Below are positions 20,546-31,062 of a stretch of 64,000 bases of DNA, one piece after another (within the stretch, counting starts at the first letter, position 1; every line of letters begins with the position of its first letter). The notes beneath the pieces were generated by a model. That model ran no database searches. It was not told the origin of the DNA and saw only the letters and a program-made list of their open reading frames with translations. Source of the stretch: Candidatus Sericytochromatia bacterium (GTDB lineage Bacteria > Cyanobacteriota > Sericytochromatia > UBA7694 > JACMQJ01); assembly GCA_026004035.1 (NCBI GenBank), contig BPII01000003.1, forward strand, positions 35,255 through 99,254, in the 5' to 3' direction. A program made the position numbers and the translations under genes.

Positions 20546-21568
20546 TTGACTAATATTAAATTATTTAATTTACAAATAGAATTAAATGATATATGTAATT
20601 TAGAATGTCTTCATTGCTATCAAGTAAGAGCAAAAGTAAAAGAAGAATTAGATATTGATATAATAATTAATCAATTAGAAGATTTTAAAAAAATCACAAA
20701 TTATGATAAGTTCTTTTTTAGACTATCTGGTGGTGAAGTAACGTTAAGAAAAGATTTATTTAAAATAATAAGAAAAATAAAAGATTTAGGACATTATGTT
20801 GAAGTCATAACTAATGGTGTTTTATTAGATATAGATTATGTATTTGCTTTGAAAGTATCAGGAACTGATTTAGTACAAGTAAGTTTAGATGGTAGTAATA
20901 AAAAAGTACATGACTATATAAGAGGCAAAGGAAATTTTAATAAAGCTATAAATGGAATAAAAAATCTTATTAAAGCAAATTTACCTATTGAAATAAAATT
21001 TACTATTATAAACAATGTAAACGTAAATGATATATACGACATGTTTAATTTATGCCATAAGTTAGGTGTTAAATATATATCCATAGGTAGATTTATCTTT
21101 GCTGGTAATGGAGCTAAATTTTTAAAAGAAGGTAATTTAATAGGAAATGATTTAAAAAATGTATTTTATAAAATTATAGAAATGGGTAAAGAGTTTCCTG
21201 ACCTTAATATTAGAATAAGGGATCAATTGATAAGAATAGTTAATGAATTGAAAGAAATAGAAATACCTAAAAACATTAATACCAATCAAAAACCATATAT
21301 GGGTATTAATTACCTTGCTTTTGATACTTATGGAAATGTTTATGCTGATAGACAAATGGATTTGATAATAGGAAATATACATAAACAATCTTTGTCTAGT
21401 ATTTGGTTAGAAAATGAAGAATTAAATAAGTTTAGAAATTCTATTAAATATTTAAAAGGTAAATGTTTGAATTGTAATTTAAAAGAAATATGTCTAGGGG
21501 GTAATAAAACAGCTTCTTATTCTTTAACAGGAGACCCTTTTGAACCTGATCCTGGTTGCTGGTTATAA
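20546..21568 (+). CDS. radical SAM / SPASM-domain protein
   Basis: A CNLECLHCY (CxxxCxxC) cluster lies at the N-terminus, followed by GGEVTL. The C-terminal Cys-rich region is CLNCNLKEICLGGNK...PGCW. The predicted start codon is TTG. Confidence 0.8.
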   Translation: MTNIKLFNLQIELNDICNLECLHCYQVRAKVKEELDIDIIINQLEDFKKITNYDKFFFRLSGGEVTLRKDLFKIIRKIKDLGHYVEVITNGVLLDIDYVFALKVSGTDLVQVSLDGSNKKVHDYIRGKGNFNKAINGIKNLIKANLPIEIKFTIINNVNVNDIYDMFNLCHKLGVKYISIGRFIFAGNGAKFLKEGNLIGNDLKNVFYKIIEMGKEFPDLNIRIRDQLIRIVNELKEIEIPKNINTNQKPYMGINYLAFDTYGNVYADRQMDLIIGNIHKQSLSSIWLENEELNKFRNSIKYLKGKCLNCNLKEICLGGNKTASYSLTGDPFEPDPGCWL

Positions 21569-21574
21569 ATAAAC

Positions 21575-22639
21575 CTATTTTTTATCATATTTACTATATT
21601 TCTCATTAAGTCTTTTTTCATTCAATTCTTTTTCTATATTTCTTCTTGTTTCTGTTATTTCATTTAATTTTTTAAAATGATATTTTTTTTCTTGTTCTTC
21701 TTTATCCAAAACTTTTTTAAAAAATGCTTCTTCTACAATTTTTGAATCTAAATCTTTGTATTTATTAGATACTTTAATTTCTTTTATTTCCTCTTTTTTA
21801 ATATTATTTTCTACAGAATTATTATTATTTTTAATATTTTCTTTTTTATCTTCAGCTTTATTTATATAATTTTCATGATCTTTTTCATTAACTTCAAAAT
21901 TATTACTATTATTTTCTTCTTCTATAAACTGCGCGTAAGATTTACCTGTTTTTATTGAGAAATTGAATAAGTCAGGTGATTCAATAATATTGTTTAAGTC
22001 AATTTTTAATTGTTTTAAGTCATCTCTTGTAATTTTTTTCTGATTACCTTGATTGTCTGTATAGTAAAAAACTAAATCATTATTTTCTTGAACAATTTTT
22101 ATTCTATAATTTTTTTCTATGTAATCTAATTCTTCCTTAGAAAAATCACTTATACTTTTTGCATTAATCATTTTATCAATATTTTTATTGTGTTGGATTA
22201 AAACTTTAGCTCTCATTTGCTTGTTTTCTGATAGTTCTTTAAGCTGTTCTTCTGACATTTGAGAAACCATTCTAAATAATCCTAATGAAACATTCACTAA
22301 AAAATTTCCTCTTAAAGTTACAGCTTCTCCTGATACAAGATTTTCAAAAGCTTCTTTTATTACAGATGCGGTTTCTCTTTGACTTGTTGTAAGTTTCTTT
22401 TCAACCGAAGAATAAGCAAAATTAACGGCTCCAATTAAAGATTTAGATATATTAGAATCTATAAAACAAAAAGAATTAATAGAATTAGAAGACATATTAT
22501 TAATTTCTGATGTATCATTAATTTTATTAATTTTTTGTAAATTTTTATCATTATTATTTTCTTGTTTTTTTAATTCTTGTTCTGTTTTAATAACAGGAGA
22601 AACATTTGCTAATAACTTTTTTTTTATTAAAATAAACAT
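21575..22639 (-). CDS. hypothetical protein, K/E/N-rich
   Basis: A long ORF convergent with the radical SAM gene. I recognised no motif. Confidence 0.3.
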   Translation of the reverse strand: MFILIKKKLLANVSPVIKTEQELKKQENNNDKNLQKINKINDTSEINNMSSNSINSFCFIDSNISKSLIGAVNFAYSSVEKKLTTSQRETASVIKEAFENLVSGEAVTLRGNFLVNVSLGLFRMVSQMSEEQLKELSENKQMRAKVLIQHNKNIDKMINAKSISDFSKEELDYIEKNYRIKIVQENNDLVFYYTDNQGNQKKITRDDLKQLKIDLNNIIESPDLFNFSIKTGKSYAQFIEEENNSNNFEVNEKDHENYINKAEDKKENIKNNNNSVENNIKKEEIKEIKVSNKYKDLDSKIVEEAFFKKVLDKEEQEKKYHFKKLNEITETRRNIEKELNEKRLNEKYSKYDKK

Positions 22640-22762
22640 CTGACATAATAACCTTCATTAATAATCTATAATTTTTATACCTAAAGAAAAATAAAAGTTG
22701 CTATTTAATTTTTGTTAAAAGTAAAAGTTTAATATTATTTCAAAGATATAATTTTATTATAT

Positions 22763-23192
22763 ATGTTAAAAAAGATATTAATCCCTTTACTTCTGTTTTT
22801 TTCACTTGTTTATAATAAACGCAAGTGGATTAGAAACGCATATATGTATTCATAAAAGCGGTCATATAAGTTTTGAGACAGTTTCTTCAAATGGAAATTG
22901 TTTAGATATAAAAGATATACTAAGTTATAGTAAATTAGATTTAGAAAATCATATTAAAAAACATGTAAGTGATCCTTGCACTGATATTTTGATAAGTAAA
23001 TATAATAAAATTCAGGAAAATAATTTAAATTTAGATGATGGTTTTTTAAATGACTATGGTGAAAAAGTAGTATATAATCTTGAAGTTAATCAAGATTTTG
23101 ACTATATATCTTCAAATGAATTTAAAAATATACAAAAAATACCAATAGAAAATAAGTCTCAAAACATAAGAACATTTATTCTATTGAATTAA
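22763..23192 (+). pseudogene. small putative periplasmic protein upstream of the czc operon; signal peptide is in a different frame
   Basis: The ATG at 22763 gives MLKKILIPLLLFFSLV. The frame then changes at the T-run near 22795..22802 into ORF 22806..23192 (...ETHICIHKSGHISFE...). Confidence 0.3.
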
Positions 23193-23246
23193 AAAACTCC
23201 TTATAAACTAAAAACATTTTATTTTTAGTAATTTAAGGAGTTTTTT
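23191..23246 (+). terminator. long-stem hairpin plus T-run that also pairs with the czcC Shine-Dalgarno
   Basis: aaaaaactcctta (23191..23203) is complementary to taaggagtttttt (23234..23246), with a ~30-nt loop. The 3' arm contains the AAGGAG Shine-Dalgarno of the ATG at 23248. Confidence 0.4.
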
Positions 23247-23247
23247 T

Positions 23248-24444
23248 ATGTTTAAAAAAATATTACTATCTGCAATTTTATTATTTGATTTAAATAATTT
23301 TGCATTAGCAAAAGAAAAAATAAGTTTAGATGAGTTATTAAAGTTAGGATTAGAAAATAATTTAAAAATAAAATCTTTTAAAAACAAAAAAGATATTTAT
23401 TTATCACAAATAATAATTGCTAATTCTGTAAATAATCCTGTTTTTAATACAGATATAAGCCCACCACAAAGGACTTATAGATTTGGTGTAAATCAAGAAA
23501 TAGAAATATATTCTAAAAGACAATTAAGAATAGATGAAGCTAAAAAAAATAAAGAATTATATGAATTAGAGTTAAATAAACTCATTAATGAAATCAAGTT
23601 TCAAATTAAAAGTAAATTTAATGATATAGCTTATTTAGAAATAAAAGCTAATAAATATAATAAATTAATAGAAACATTTAAAAACTTAATAAATATATCA
23701 AATAAAAGAGAGAAAGTAGGTGATATACCTAAAATAGATATTAATCAGTTAGAGTTAATATATTTAAATTTATTAAATGAAAGAGAAGATATTTTAAGCA
23801 GGCTAAATCAGGAAAAAATAAATATTAGTGAATTTATAGGAATTAGTATTTATGATAAAGATTTTAATTATGAAAATTATTTAAAATTTAAATCTATACC
23901 TAAAATTTATCTTGCTGATATATATCAAAAAAATGTAGAAATTTTTTACTTTAACAAGTTAAAAGAATACTTTTTTACACAAAAACTTAAAGTTGAATCT
24001 GAAAACATACCAAATTTTACTTTAGGAAGTGGATTAGACATAGTTACAGAAAATCAACAAGCTAATTTTGGAACTTTTATAAATTTAAATGTTCCTATAC
24101 CAATCTTTTATAAAAAAGAGGGGGAAATAAAAGAATTAGAAGCAAAAATATTTCAGTTGGACTTTGAAATTGATAATTTAAAACAAGTAATAAAAATAAA
24201 GATTGATTCATTTCTTGAGAAAATAAATTTTTTGAAAAAACAAATTAATCTTTATGAAAATGAAATTTTACCAAAATCTATGGAACTTGTAAAAAAAAGC
24301 AATAAAGCTTTTGAAGCTGGTAAATATGGAATAGTAAATTCAATTTTATTTTATCAAAATTATATACAAAATGAATTGAAATACATTGACATAATTTATG
24401 AATACAAAAAAAAACATTATCAATTTAGAAAGAGAGGTTTATAA
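23248..24444 (+). CDS. TolC/CzcC-family outer-membrane efflux protein
   Basis: 398 aa with a signal peptide and coiled-coil-rich repeats. It is the first gene of a three-gene RND operon. Its stop overlaps the next gene's start (ATAATG). Confidence 0.7.
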   Translation: MFKKILLSAILLFDLNNFALAKEKISLDELLKLGLENNLKIKSFKNKKDIYLSQIIIANSVNNPVFNTDISPPQRTYRFGVNQEIEIYSKRQLRIDEAKKNKELYELELNKLINEIKFQIKSKFNDIAYLEIKANKYNKLIETFKNLINISNKREKVGDIPKIDINQLELIYLNLLNEREDILSRLNQEKINISEFIGISIYDKDFNYENYLKFKSIPKIYLADIYQKNVEIFYFNKLKEYFFTQKLKVESENIPNFTLGSGLDIVTENQQANFGTFINLNVPIPIFYKKEGEIKELEAKIFQLDFEIDNLKQVIKIKIDSFLEKINFLKKQINLYENEILPKSMELVKKSNKAFEAGKYGIVNSILFYQNYIQNELKYIDIIYEYKKKHYQFRKRGL

Positions 24445-25643
24445 TGAAATTATATAAATTTTTATCATTGTTTTTTATATTAATACTTTCTTGCTCAAGA
24501 AATGAAGTAAAACAAGAAGAAAAAAATGTTATAGATTCGAATATTATACAAATAAGTCAAAACTCACCAATTTTAAAAGAAATAAAATCTGAATATCCTA
24601 AAGAAAAATACTTTCAAGAAGAAATAAAAGTAACAGGAATAATAAAAAATTATGAAAATTCTGTTTCAAATATAATATCTCCTGTATCAGGAAAAATAAT
24701 ATACGAAAATATTCAAATAGGTAAATACGTAAAAAAGGGTGAGTTAATAGCAAAAATACAAAATAATGAAGTTGCAAAAATATTTGCTGAATACATACAT
24801 CAATATCATAACAATGAAGTTCTTATAAATCAAGCAAAAATAAAATTAAAACTTGCTGAAGAAAACTACAAAAGAGAAAAAAGACTTTATGAAGAAGGCA
24901 TTTCATCAAAAAAAGATTTTCTACAAGCTGAAAATGAGTATCTTCTTTTAAAAGAAGAAATAAGAGGATTAAATGAACATAACACACATTTAAAAAATGA
25001 AACAGAAGCTCTACTAAAAACTTATAATATTACTTTACCTAAGGATAATAGATTTGAGAATGTTAATTCAATTATTGAAATAAGAGCTAATAAATCAGGA
25101 GTTTTTACAAAAAAAAATATTATTCTGGATTCAAATATATCTGCTAATGATAGTATATGTGAAATAACTGATAATAGTGTATTATATGCTCAATTAAATA
25201 TTATTTCAGATGATATAACTAAAATATCTCTTAATGATCCTGTTGAAATACTAGTAAATTCAAATAAAGTATTATCAAAAATTGATTATATAGAACCTAG
25301 TATTAATAAAGAAGAACAAGTATTTATAGCTAGAGCAAAAATTAATAATAAAGAGAATATTCTGAAATCTAATTTATTTGTAAATGCTATTATAAAAACA
25401 CAAAAGAATAATAAAAAATATATTTTTTTAGATAACAATTGTATCTCAAATATAGAAAATAATTACTTTGTTTTTATAGATAAAGGTAATAATTCTTTTG
25501 AAAAAAAAGAAGTAAAAATAAAAGAAAATAAAAATAATGGTTTTTATATTCAAAATAGTTTAGAGAAAAATCAAAAAGTAGTTTGTAAAGGTAATTTTTA
25601 CTTAAAATCTCAATTACTCAAATCAAATTTGGAGGAAGAATAA
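24444..25643 (+). CDS. RND efflux periplasmic adaptor (CzcB/HlyD family)
   Basis: Lipobox ILSCS, a biotinyl-lipoyl-like GKYVKKGELIAKIQN segment, a coiled-coil hairpin, then beta-barrel segments. Its stop overlaps the next gene's start. Confidence 0.8.
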   Translation: MKLYKFLSLFFILILSCSRNEVKQEEKNVIDSNIIQISQNSPILKEIKSEYPKEKYFQEEIKVTGIIKNYENSVSNIISPVSGKIIYENIQIGKYVKKGELIAKIQNNEVAKIFAEYIHQYHNNEVLINQAKIKLKLAEENYKREKRLYEEGISSKKDFLQAENEYLLLKEEIRGLNEHNTHLKNETEALLKTYNITLPKDNRFENVNSIIEIRANKSGVFTKKNIILDSNISANDSICEITDNSVLYAQLNIISDDITKISLNDPVEILVNSNKVLSKIDYIEPSINKEEQVFIARAKINNKENILKSNLFVNAIIKTQKNNKKYIFLDNNCISNIENNYFVFIDKGNNSFEKKEVKIKENKNNGFYIQNSLEKNQKVVCKGNFYLKSQLLKSNLEEE

Positions 25644-28600
25644 TGAATATATTTCAAAAAATAATAAAATATCCTATTACTATCATTACTTTTTTTTCAA
25701 TAATAATTTCTTATGGTATTTATTGTTTATACAATATCCCAATAGATGCTTTTCCAGATTTGACTAATAATCAAGTATCAATAATAACAGATTGTGAAAG
25801 TATGGATCCTTTGGAAATAGAGCAATTAGTTACTATACCGATAGAAAATGCTATGAGCGGAATACCAAATGTTGATGAAGTTAGGTCTATATCAAAATTT
25901 GGTGTATCGGTAATAACAATTGTTTTTAAAGATAATGTGAAAACATACTTTGCTAGACAATTAGTAAGTGAAAAATTACAAAATGTTTTGTCAAAAATTC
26001 CTCAAGGTATTCAACCTGAAATAGCACCACCTACAACTGCTATGGGAGAAATTTATCAATATGTAGTAGAAGGTAAAAATTATTCAGCAATGGAATTAAA
26101 AACTATACATGATTGGGATATAAAATATCAATTAAAAAAAGTTCCAGGTATAAGTGAAGTAAATACGGCAGGAGGTTTTACAAAAGAATATCATATAATT
26201 CTAGATTTAAACAAAATATTAAAATACAATATATCTTTAAATGAAATAATTTCAGCTATAAGAGAAAATAACAAAAATTTTACAGGTGGAATCATAGAGA
26301 ATAACTCTGAACAATATATAATAAGAGGTATAGGAAAATTAAAAAACATAGAAGATATTAAAAATATTCTAATAAAAAAAACTGACTCATTCCCAATATT
26401 GTTAAAACATATTTCACAAGTTATTTATTCTTATCCAATAAGACAAGGAGCTGTTACAAAAGATGGAAATGGCGAGGTTGTAACAGGTATGACAATGATG
26501 CAAAAAGGAGAAAATAGTCGTAGAGTTATATCAAGAGTAAAAGAAGAAATAAAAAACATACAAAAAACTTTACCTGAAGGAGTAAAAATAATACCATTTT
26601 ATGATCAAACAAATTTAATTGAGCAAACAGTAAATACTGTGAAAACAAATTTAATTGAAGCTGCTTTTCTTGTAATAGCTGTACTTTTATTTATGTTAGG
26701 AAATATCAAAGCTGCTTTAATAGTTTCTATTACAATACCAATATCTATGATGTTTTCTTTTATTGGTATGAGTTGGCTTGGAATATCAGCTAATATAATG
26801 AGTTTAGGTTGCAGTTGATTTTGGAATGATAATTGATAGTTCTGTTGTAATAGTTGAAGATATAATAAAAAAAATTAAGTCATTCAAGTAATGAAAATAA
26901 TGAAAATATTATTATTAGTTCTGTAAAAGAAATGGCAAAGCCTATAATTTTTGGAATACTTATAATAGTAGCTGTATATTTTCCAATACTTTCTCTTGAA
27001 GGGATAGAATACAGAATGTTTTCACCAATGGTATTTACAGTAAAGTTTTGCTCTTTTTGGGCTCATTAATTATTTCTTTAACTTTAGTTCCTGTATTAGT
27101 AAAATTATTTATTAAAGGTAAAGTTTCAGAAGAAGAAAGTTTTATAATAAAACTAATAAAACCTTTTTATAATAAGATTTTAAATATTGCACTAAGAAAA
27201 AAATTTACTACATTAATTATTGTATTAATAATATTTTTAATATCTATTTCAAAATTATTCTTAATAGGAACTGAATTTGTACCAAAAATTAGATGAAGGA
27301 GATATTTTAATAGGAATGGTTTAGTTTGCCTTCTATTTCTCTTAATGAATCTGTAAAAAAGTCCTTGGAAGTAGAAAAAATACTAAAAAAGTATCCAGAA
27401 GTAAAAACAATAGTTTCAAGAACAGGAAGACCAGATTTTGCTACAGATACCATGGGAACACATCAAAGTGATATTTTTGTAATATTAAAAGATAAAAAAT
27501 TGTGGAGGAAAAAATATAACCAAAGATATTTTAATAGAAGAAATGAGTAGAGAATTAAATGAAAAAATAATAGGAACAAGTTTTTCTTTTACTCAACCTA
27601 TTGCAATGCGTCTAGATGAAATGATTTCAGGAGTTAGGTCTGATATTGCTGTAAAAGTTTTTGGGGATTCAGCAGAAGAATTACAAAAAATTGCTGAAAA
27701 AAAATAGAAAAAATTCTAACTACTATTAAAGGAAGTGCTGATGTCAAGTCAGAAAATTTACTTGGTAGTATGCAATTAATCGTTATTCCTAATAGAGAAA
27801 AAATGGCTTTTTATGGAATAAATATAGAAGATATTTCTATTATTTTATCAACTAGCATATCAGGTTTTTAAAAGTTTCTGAACTTATAGATGGTAGAAAG
27901 AGATTTAATATAAGAATAAAGTTTGATTTTAATAATATTAATTTAGAATTAGTAAAAAATATATTAATAAAAACAAGTAAAGGTAATCTTATAAAATTAG
28001 GACAAATTGCTGATATAGAAATAAAACAAGATTTAGACTCTATAAATAGAGAATTTGGACAAAGAAGAATAGTAATTCAAAGTAATGTTAGAGGTAGAGA
28101 TATAGGTTCATTTGTAAAAGAAGCACAAGAAAAAATTGAAAAAAAATATTAAAATTCCTACAGGTTATTATATAGACTGGGGAGGACAATTTGAAAATCA
28201 AGAAAGAGCATTAAAAAAAATTATCTATTGTTTTACCAATTTCAATAATAATAATATTTATTTTATTAATGGCTACTTTCTCATCTGTAAAACAATCATT
28301 AATTGTAATGTTGAATATACCTTTTGCATTAACAGGAGGAATTTTTGCACTCTGGATAAGAAATTTATATTTAAGTGTTCCTGCAATAATAGGATTTATT
28401 GCTCTTTTTGGAGTTGCTGTTTTAAATGGTATAGTTTTAGTATCTACTATAAATAAAAAGATAAATTCTTTTGATAATATAAAAGATATTATAATAAATG
28501 CTTGTAATGAAAGATTAAGACCTGTACTTATGACTGCTATGGTTGCTGGTTTTGGATTTATACCAATGGCTTTATCTAATGGTTCTGGTGCTGAAGTTCA

Positions 28601-28716
28601 AAGACCATTAGCAACTGTTGTTATTAGGGGGCATAATTTCATCAACAATGCTTACTTTAATTGTGTTACCTGTTATATATCTCTTAAGTTTTAATAAACT
28701 TAAGAAAAGTATTTAA
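25643..28716 (+). pseudogene. heavy-metal-type RND transporter (CzcA/CusA family), shattered by about 11 frameshifts
   Basis: The N-terminus ...IPIDAFPDLTNNQVSIIT... is the CzcA/CusA hallmark. By switching frames I could follow the protein to ...RPLATVVIGGIISSTMLTLIVLPVIYLLSFNKLKKSI and a stop at 28714..28716. Frame changes occur near 26810, 26875, 27045, 27290, 27320, 27515, 27700, 27870, 28140, 28225 and 28630. Many are in A7-A8 runs. Confidence 0.85.
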
Positions 28717-28917
28717 CTATGCTTAGCTAGAAGTCTCCATCCTATAGAGGATGGAGATGCTGGAAGTAGAACGGATATTGATATGGAAACAGGAGAGATA
28801 AAACCTCAAGGAACAGTTACGGTTACTGTTGGTAGAGAAACATATCAATTAAATACTCAAGATGTTCATAATCAATTACAAGGTAGAGGAGCTTTTAACT
28901 TAATTTATACTTTATAA
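28717..28917 (+). other. coding-like remnant with elevated G+C (open frame, internal ATG at 28783, stop at 28915..28917)
   Basis: The open frame reads ...LARSLHPIEDGDAGSRTDIDMETGEIKPQGTVTVTVGRETYQLNTQDVHNQLQGRGAFNLIYTL*. Spot G+C is 25/60 at 28741..28800 and 20/60 at 28801..28860. There is no Shine-Dalgarno and no proper start for the full frame. Confidence 0.3.
28734..28757. other. perfect 9-bp stem / 6-nt loop hairpin
   Basis: tctccatcc tataga ggatggaga. No T-run follows, so it is not a canonical intrinsic terminator. Confidence 0.6.
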
Positions 28918-28920
28918 TTC

Positions 28921-29704
28921 TCAAAGTTCTTTTAATTCTGTTATAACTTCACCTAGTTTAAGTGAAGATATATGGTATTTTTCTATATTTATTAAGTCAA
29001 TGTTTATCTTATCGTTATAATCTTGTGATTTAATATAATTCAAATCTTTAGTATTTTCTAAATCTCTAAAGTCAAAATAAAATGATATATTAAAGTTATC
29101 TATAAAAAATGATACTATTATTTTTAGAACAATAATCATAATCAATAATACATTTTTCACAAGTATTCAATATATTTTTCTCTTTACAAGATTCACAATA
29201 GATAATATAACTATTTCCTTTATAATAATAAAATTTTGTATCATATAAATTTTTTAGTAAGTTTATAATTTTATTTAAACATTTTAAATAAAGTTTATTT
29301 AATGATTTATCTTTTATATTTTTATTTTTCTTTTCTTCTAAATGATTTCTTATGTATATAAGAAATATAGAATTTCTTACAATTAAAGAATCCAAATGTT
29401 TTAATGATGATGTTTTTTTATCAAGAAACACTTTGAAAGAATCAGCAAAATAATTTTTTTTATTTTTATTTATATTTTCAATATTTGATTTTCTATTTAT
29501 TTTAGTTTTATAATTCCAAAACTTTTTTATATTATCTATTTCATTTTTTAGGTCTTCTACTTCTTTTTTATCAAATAGGATATAATTTTTATCATTTGAT
29601 ATATTTTTTAAATAACCTTCATCTACAAGCTTTTTTAATGATTTATAAGATATGTTTAAAAAATTACATGTATTTTTTATATTAAAAAGATTATTGTTAG
29701 ACAT
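28921..29704 (-). pseudogene. hypothetical protein with an N-terminal excisionase/MerR-type HTH and a Cys-rich middle region; one frameshift
   Basis: The N-terminus NIKNTCNFLNISYKSLKKLVDEGYLKN resembles excisionase-type HTH domains. The middle region reads CESCKEKNILNTCEKCIIDYDYC. ORFs 29096..29704 and 28921..29160 overlap in different frames. Confidence 0.35.
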
Positions 29705-29706
29705 TT

Positions 29707-31062
29707 CTATTTACCAACACAAAAGTTAGAAAATATTTCAGTTATTATTTCTTCTGTAACATTTTCACCTGTTATTTCTCCCATATTGACAATTGCAGAT
29801 TTTATGTCAATAGTAAGAAAATCTATTGGTAAATTACTTTCTATTGTTTTAATAGACTTTTCTAGTGATTCTTTAGCTTTTAATAATATTTCTTTATGTC
29901 TATTATTTATATTTATATCTAATGACGTATCAGTTTTATTTTTTAAAATAGTTTCAAAAATCTTTTCCTCAAGATCTTCTATTCCTCTTTTATATTTAGC
30001 TGATATAAAAACTATATTATCTATAAAATTAGGAATATTAAAATTATCAAATAAATCTATTTTATTTACTATTAGTATAAAATCTTTGTTTCTAGATTTA
30101 ATCTCATTAATAATAGAAATTTCTTCATCATCTAACTTTTTATTTTCAGCTGATACAATAAATAATACTAATTGAGATTTATTAATACTATCTTTACTTT
30201 TTTCTATTCCGATTTTTTCTACTTTATCATCAGTATGTCTTATTCCTGCAGTATCTATTATATTAATAGGTATTCCTTTTATATTAATATATTCTTCTAA
30301 AGTATCTCTTGTTGTTCCTGGTATATCTGTAACAATAGCTCTTTCTAATCTAAGTAAAGCATTTAATAAGCTAGATTTTCCAACATTAGGTTTTCCAATA
30401 ATTGCTATTTTTATACCTTCTCTATATATTTGTCCTCTTTCTGAGGTTTCTATAAGTTTTTGAATTTCATTATAAATACTTTTTATTTTTGGAACAAAAG
30501 TTGATAATGGTTCTTCATCAATTTCATCGGGAAAATCTATTATGGCTTCTATATGAGATAGTATTTTTATTAATTCACTTCTTAATTGATTTATCTTTGT
30601 AGATAACTTACCTTCTAATATATTATTAGCATTTTGTAATGATAATGAAGTTTTTGAGTTTATAATATCATAAACAGCTTCTGCCTGTGTTAAATCTATT
30701 TTTCCGTTTAAAAAAGCTCTTTGAGTAAATTCTCCATTTCTTGATAATCTAGCACCATATTTTATACATAATTCTAAAACTTTATTTAAAATATAATTAT
30801 TTCCATGACAATGAATTTCTATAGTATCTTCACCAGTGAAGCTTTTTGGTTTTTTAAAATAAATAAGCAATGCACTATCTATAATAATATTATTATCTAT
30901 AATTTTACCAAAGTATGCTCTATGTGATTCTATTTCTTTTTTTTTAAAATTAAAAAATTTTCTAGCTATTTCAAGTGATTTACTGCCACTCATTCTAACT
31001 ATACCTATACCACCTATGCCTGGTGGTGTAGATATAGCTACTATAGTATCATCATAAATCAT
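29707..31062 (-). CDS. mnmE: tRNA modification GTPase MnmE
   Basis: G1 motif GKPNVGKSS, DTAGIR, and NKID. The C-terminus ends in the CVGK tetrapeptide. 451 aa. Confidence 0.92.
   Translation of the reverse strand: MIYDDTIVAISTPPGIGGIGIVRMSGSKSLEIARKFFNFKKKEIESHRAYFGKIIDNNIIIDSALLIYFKKPKSFTGEDTIEIHCHGNNYILNKVLELCIKYGARLSRNGEFTQRAFLNGKIDLTQAEAVYDIINSKTSLSLQNANNILEGKLSTKINQLRSELIKILSHIEAIIDFPDEIDEEPLSTFVPKIKSIYNEIQKLIETSERGQIYREGIKIAIIGKPNVGKSSLLNALLRLERAIVTDIPGTTRDTLEEYINIKGIPINIIDTAGIRHTDDKVEKIGIEKSKDSINKSQLVLFIVSAENKKLDDEEISIINEIKSRNKDFILIVNKIDLFDNFNIPNFIDNIVFISAKYKRGIEDLEEKIFETILKNKTDTSLDININNRHKEILLKAKESLEKSIKTIESNLPIDFLTIDIKSAIVNMGEITGENVTEEIITEIFSNFCVGK

Noticed and set aside
28136-28456. 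A 106-aa Cys/Asn-rich ORF.
   Set aside because: Only its first ~25 aa (KNIKIPTGYYIDWGGQFENQERALKK) are genuine CzcA sequence. The rest is an out-of-frame read of the czcA pseudogene. The correct frame is ORF 28269..28694.
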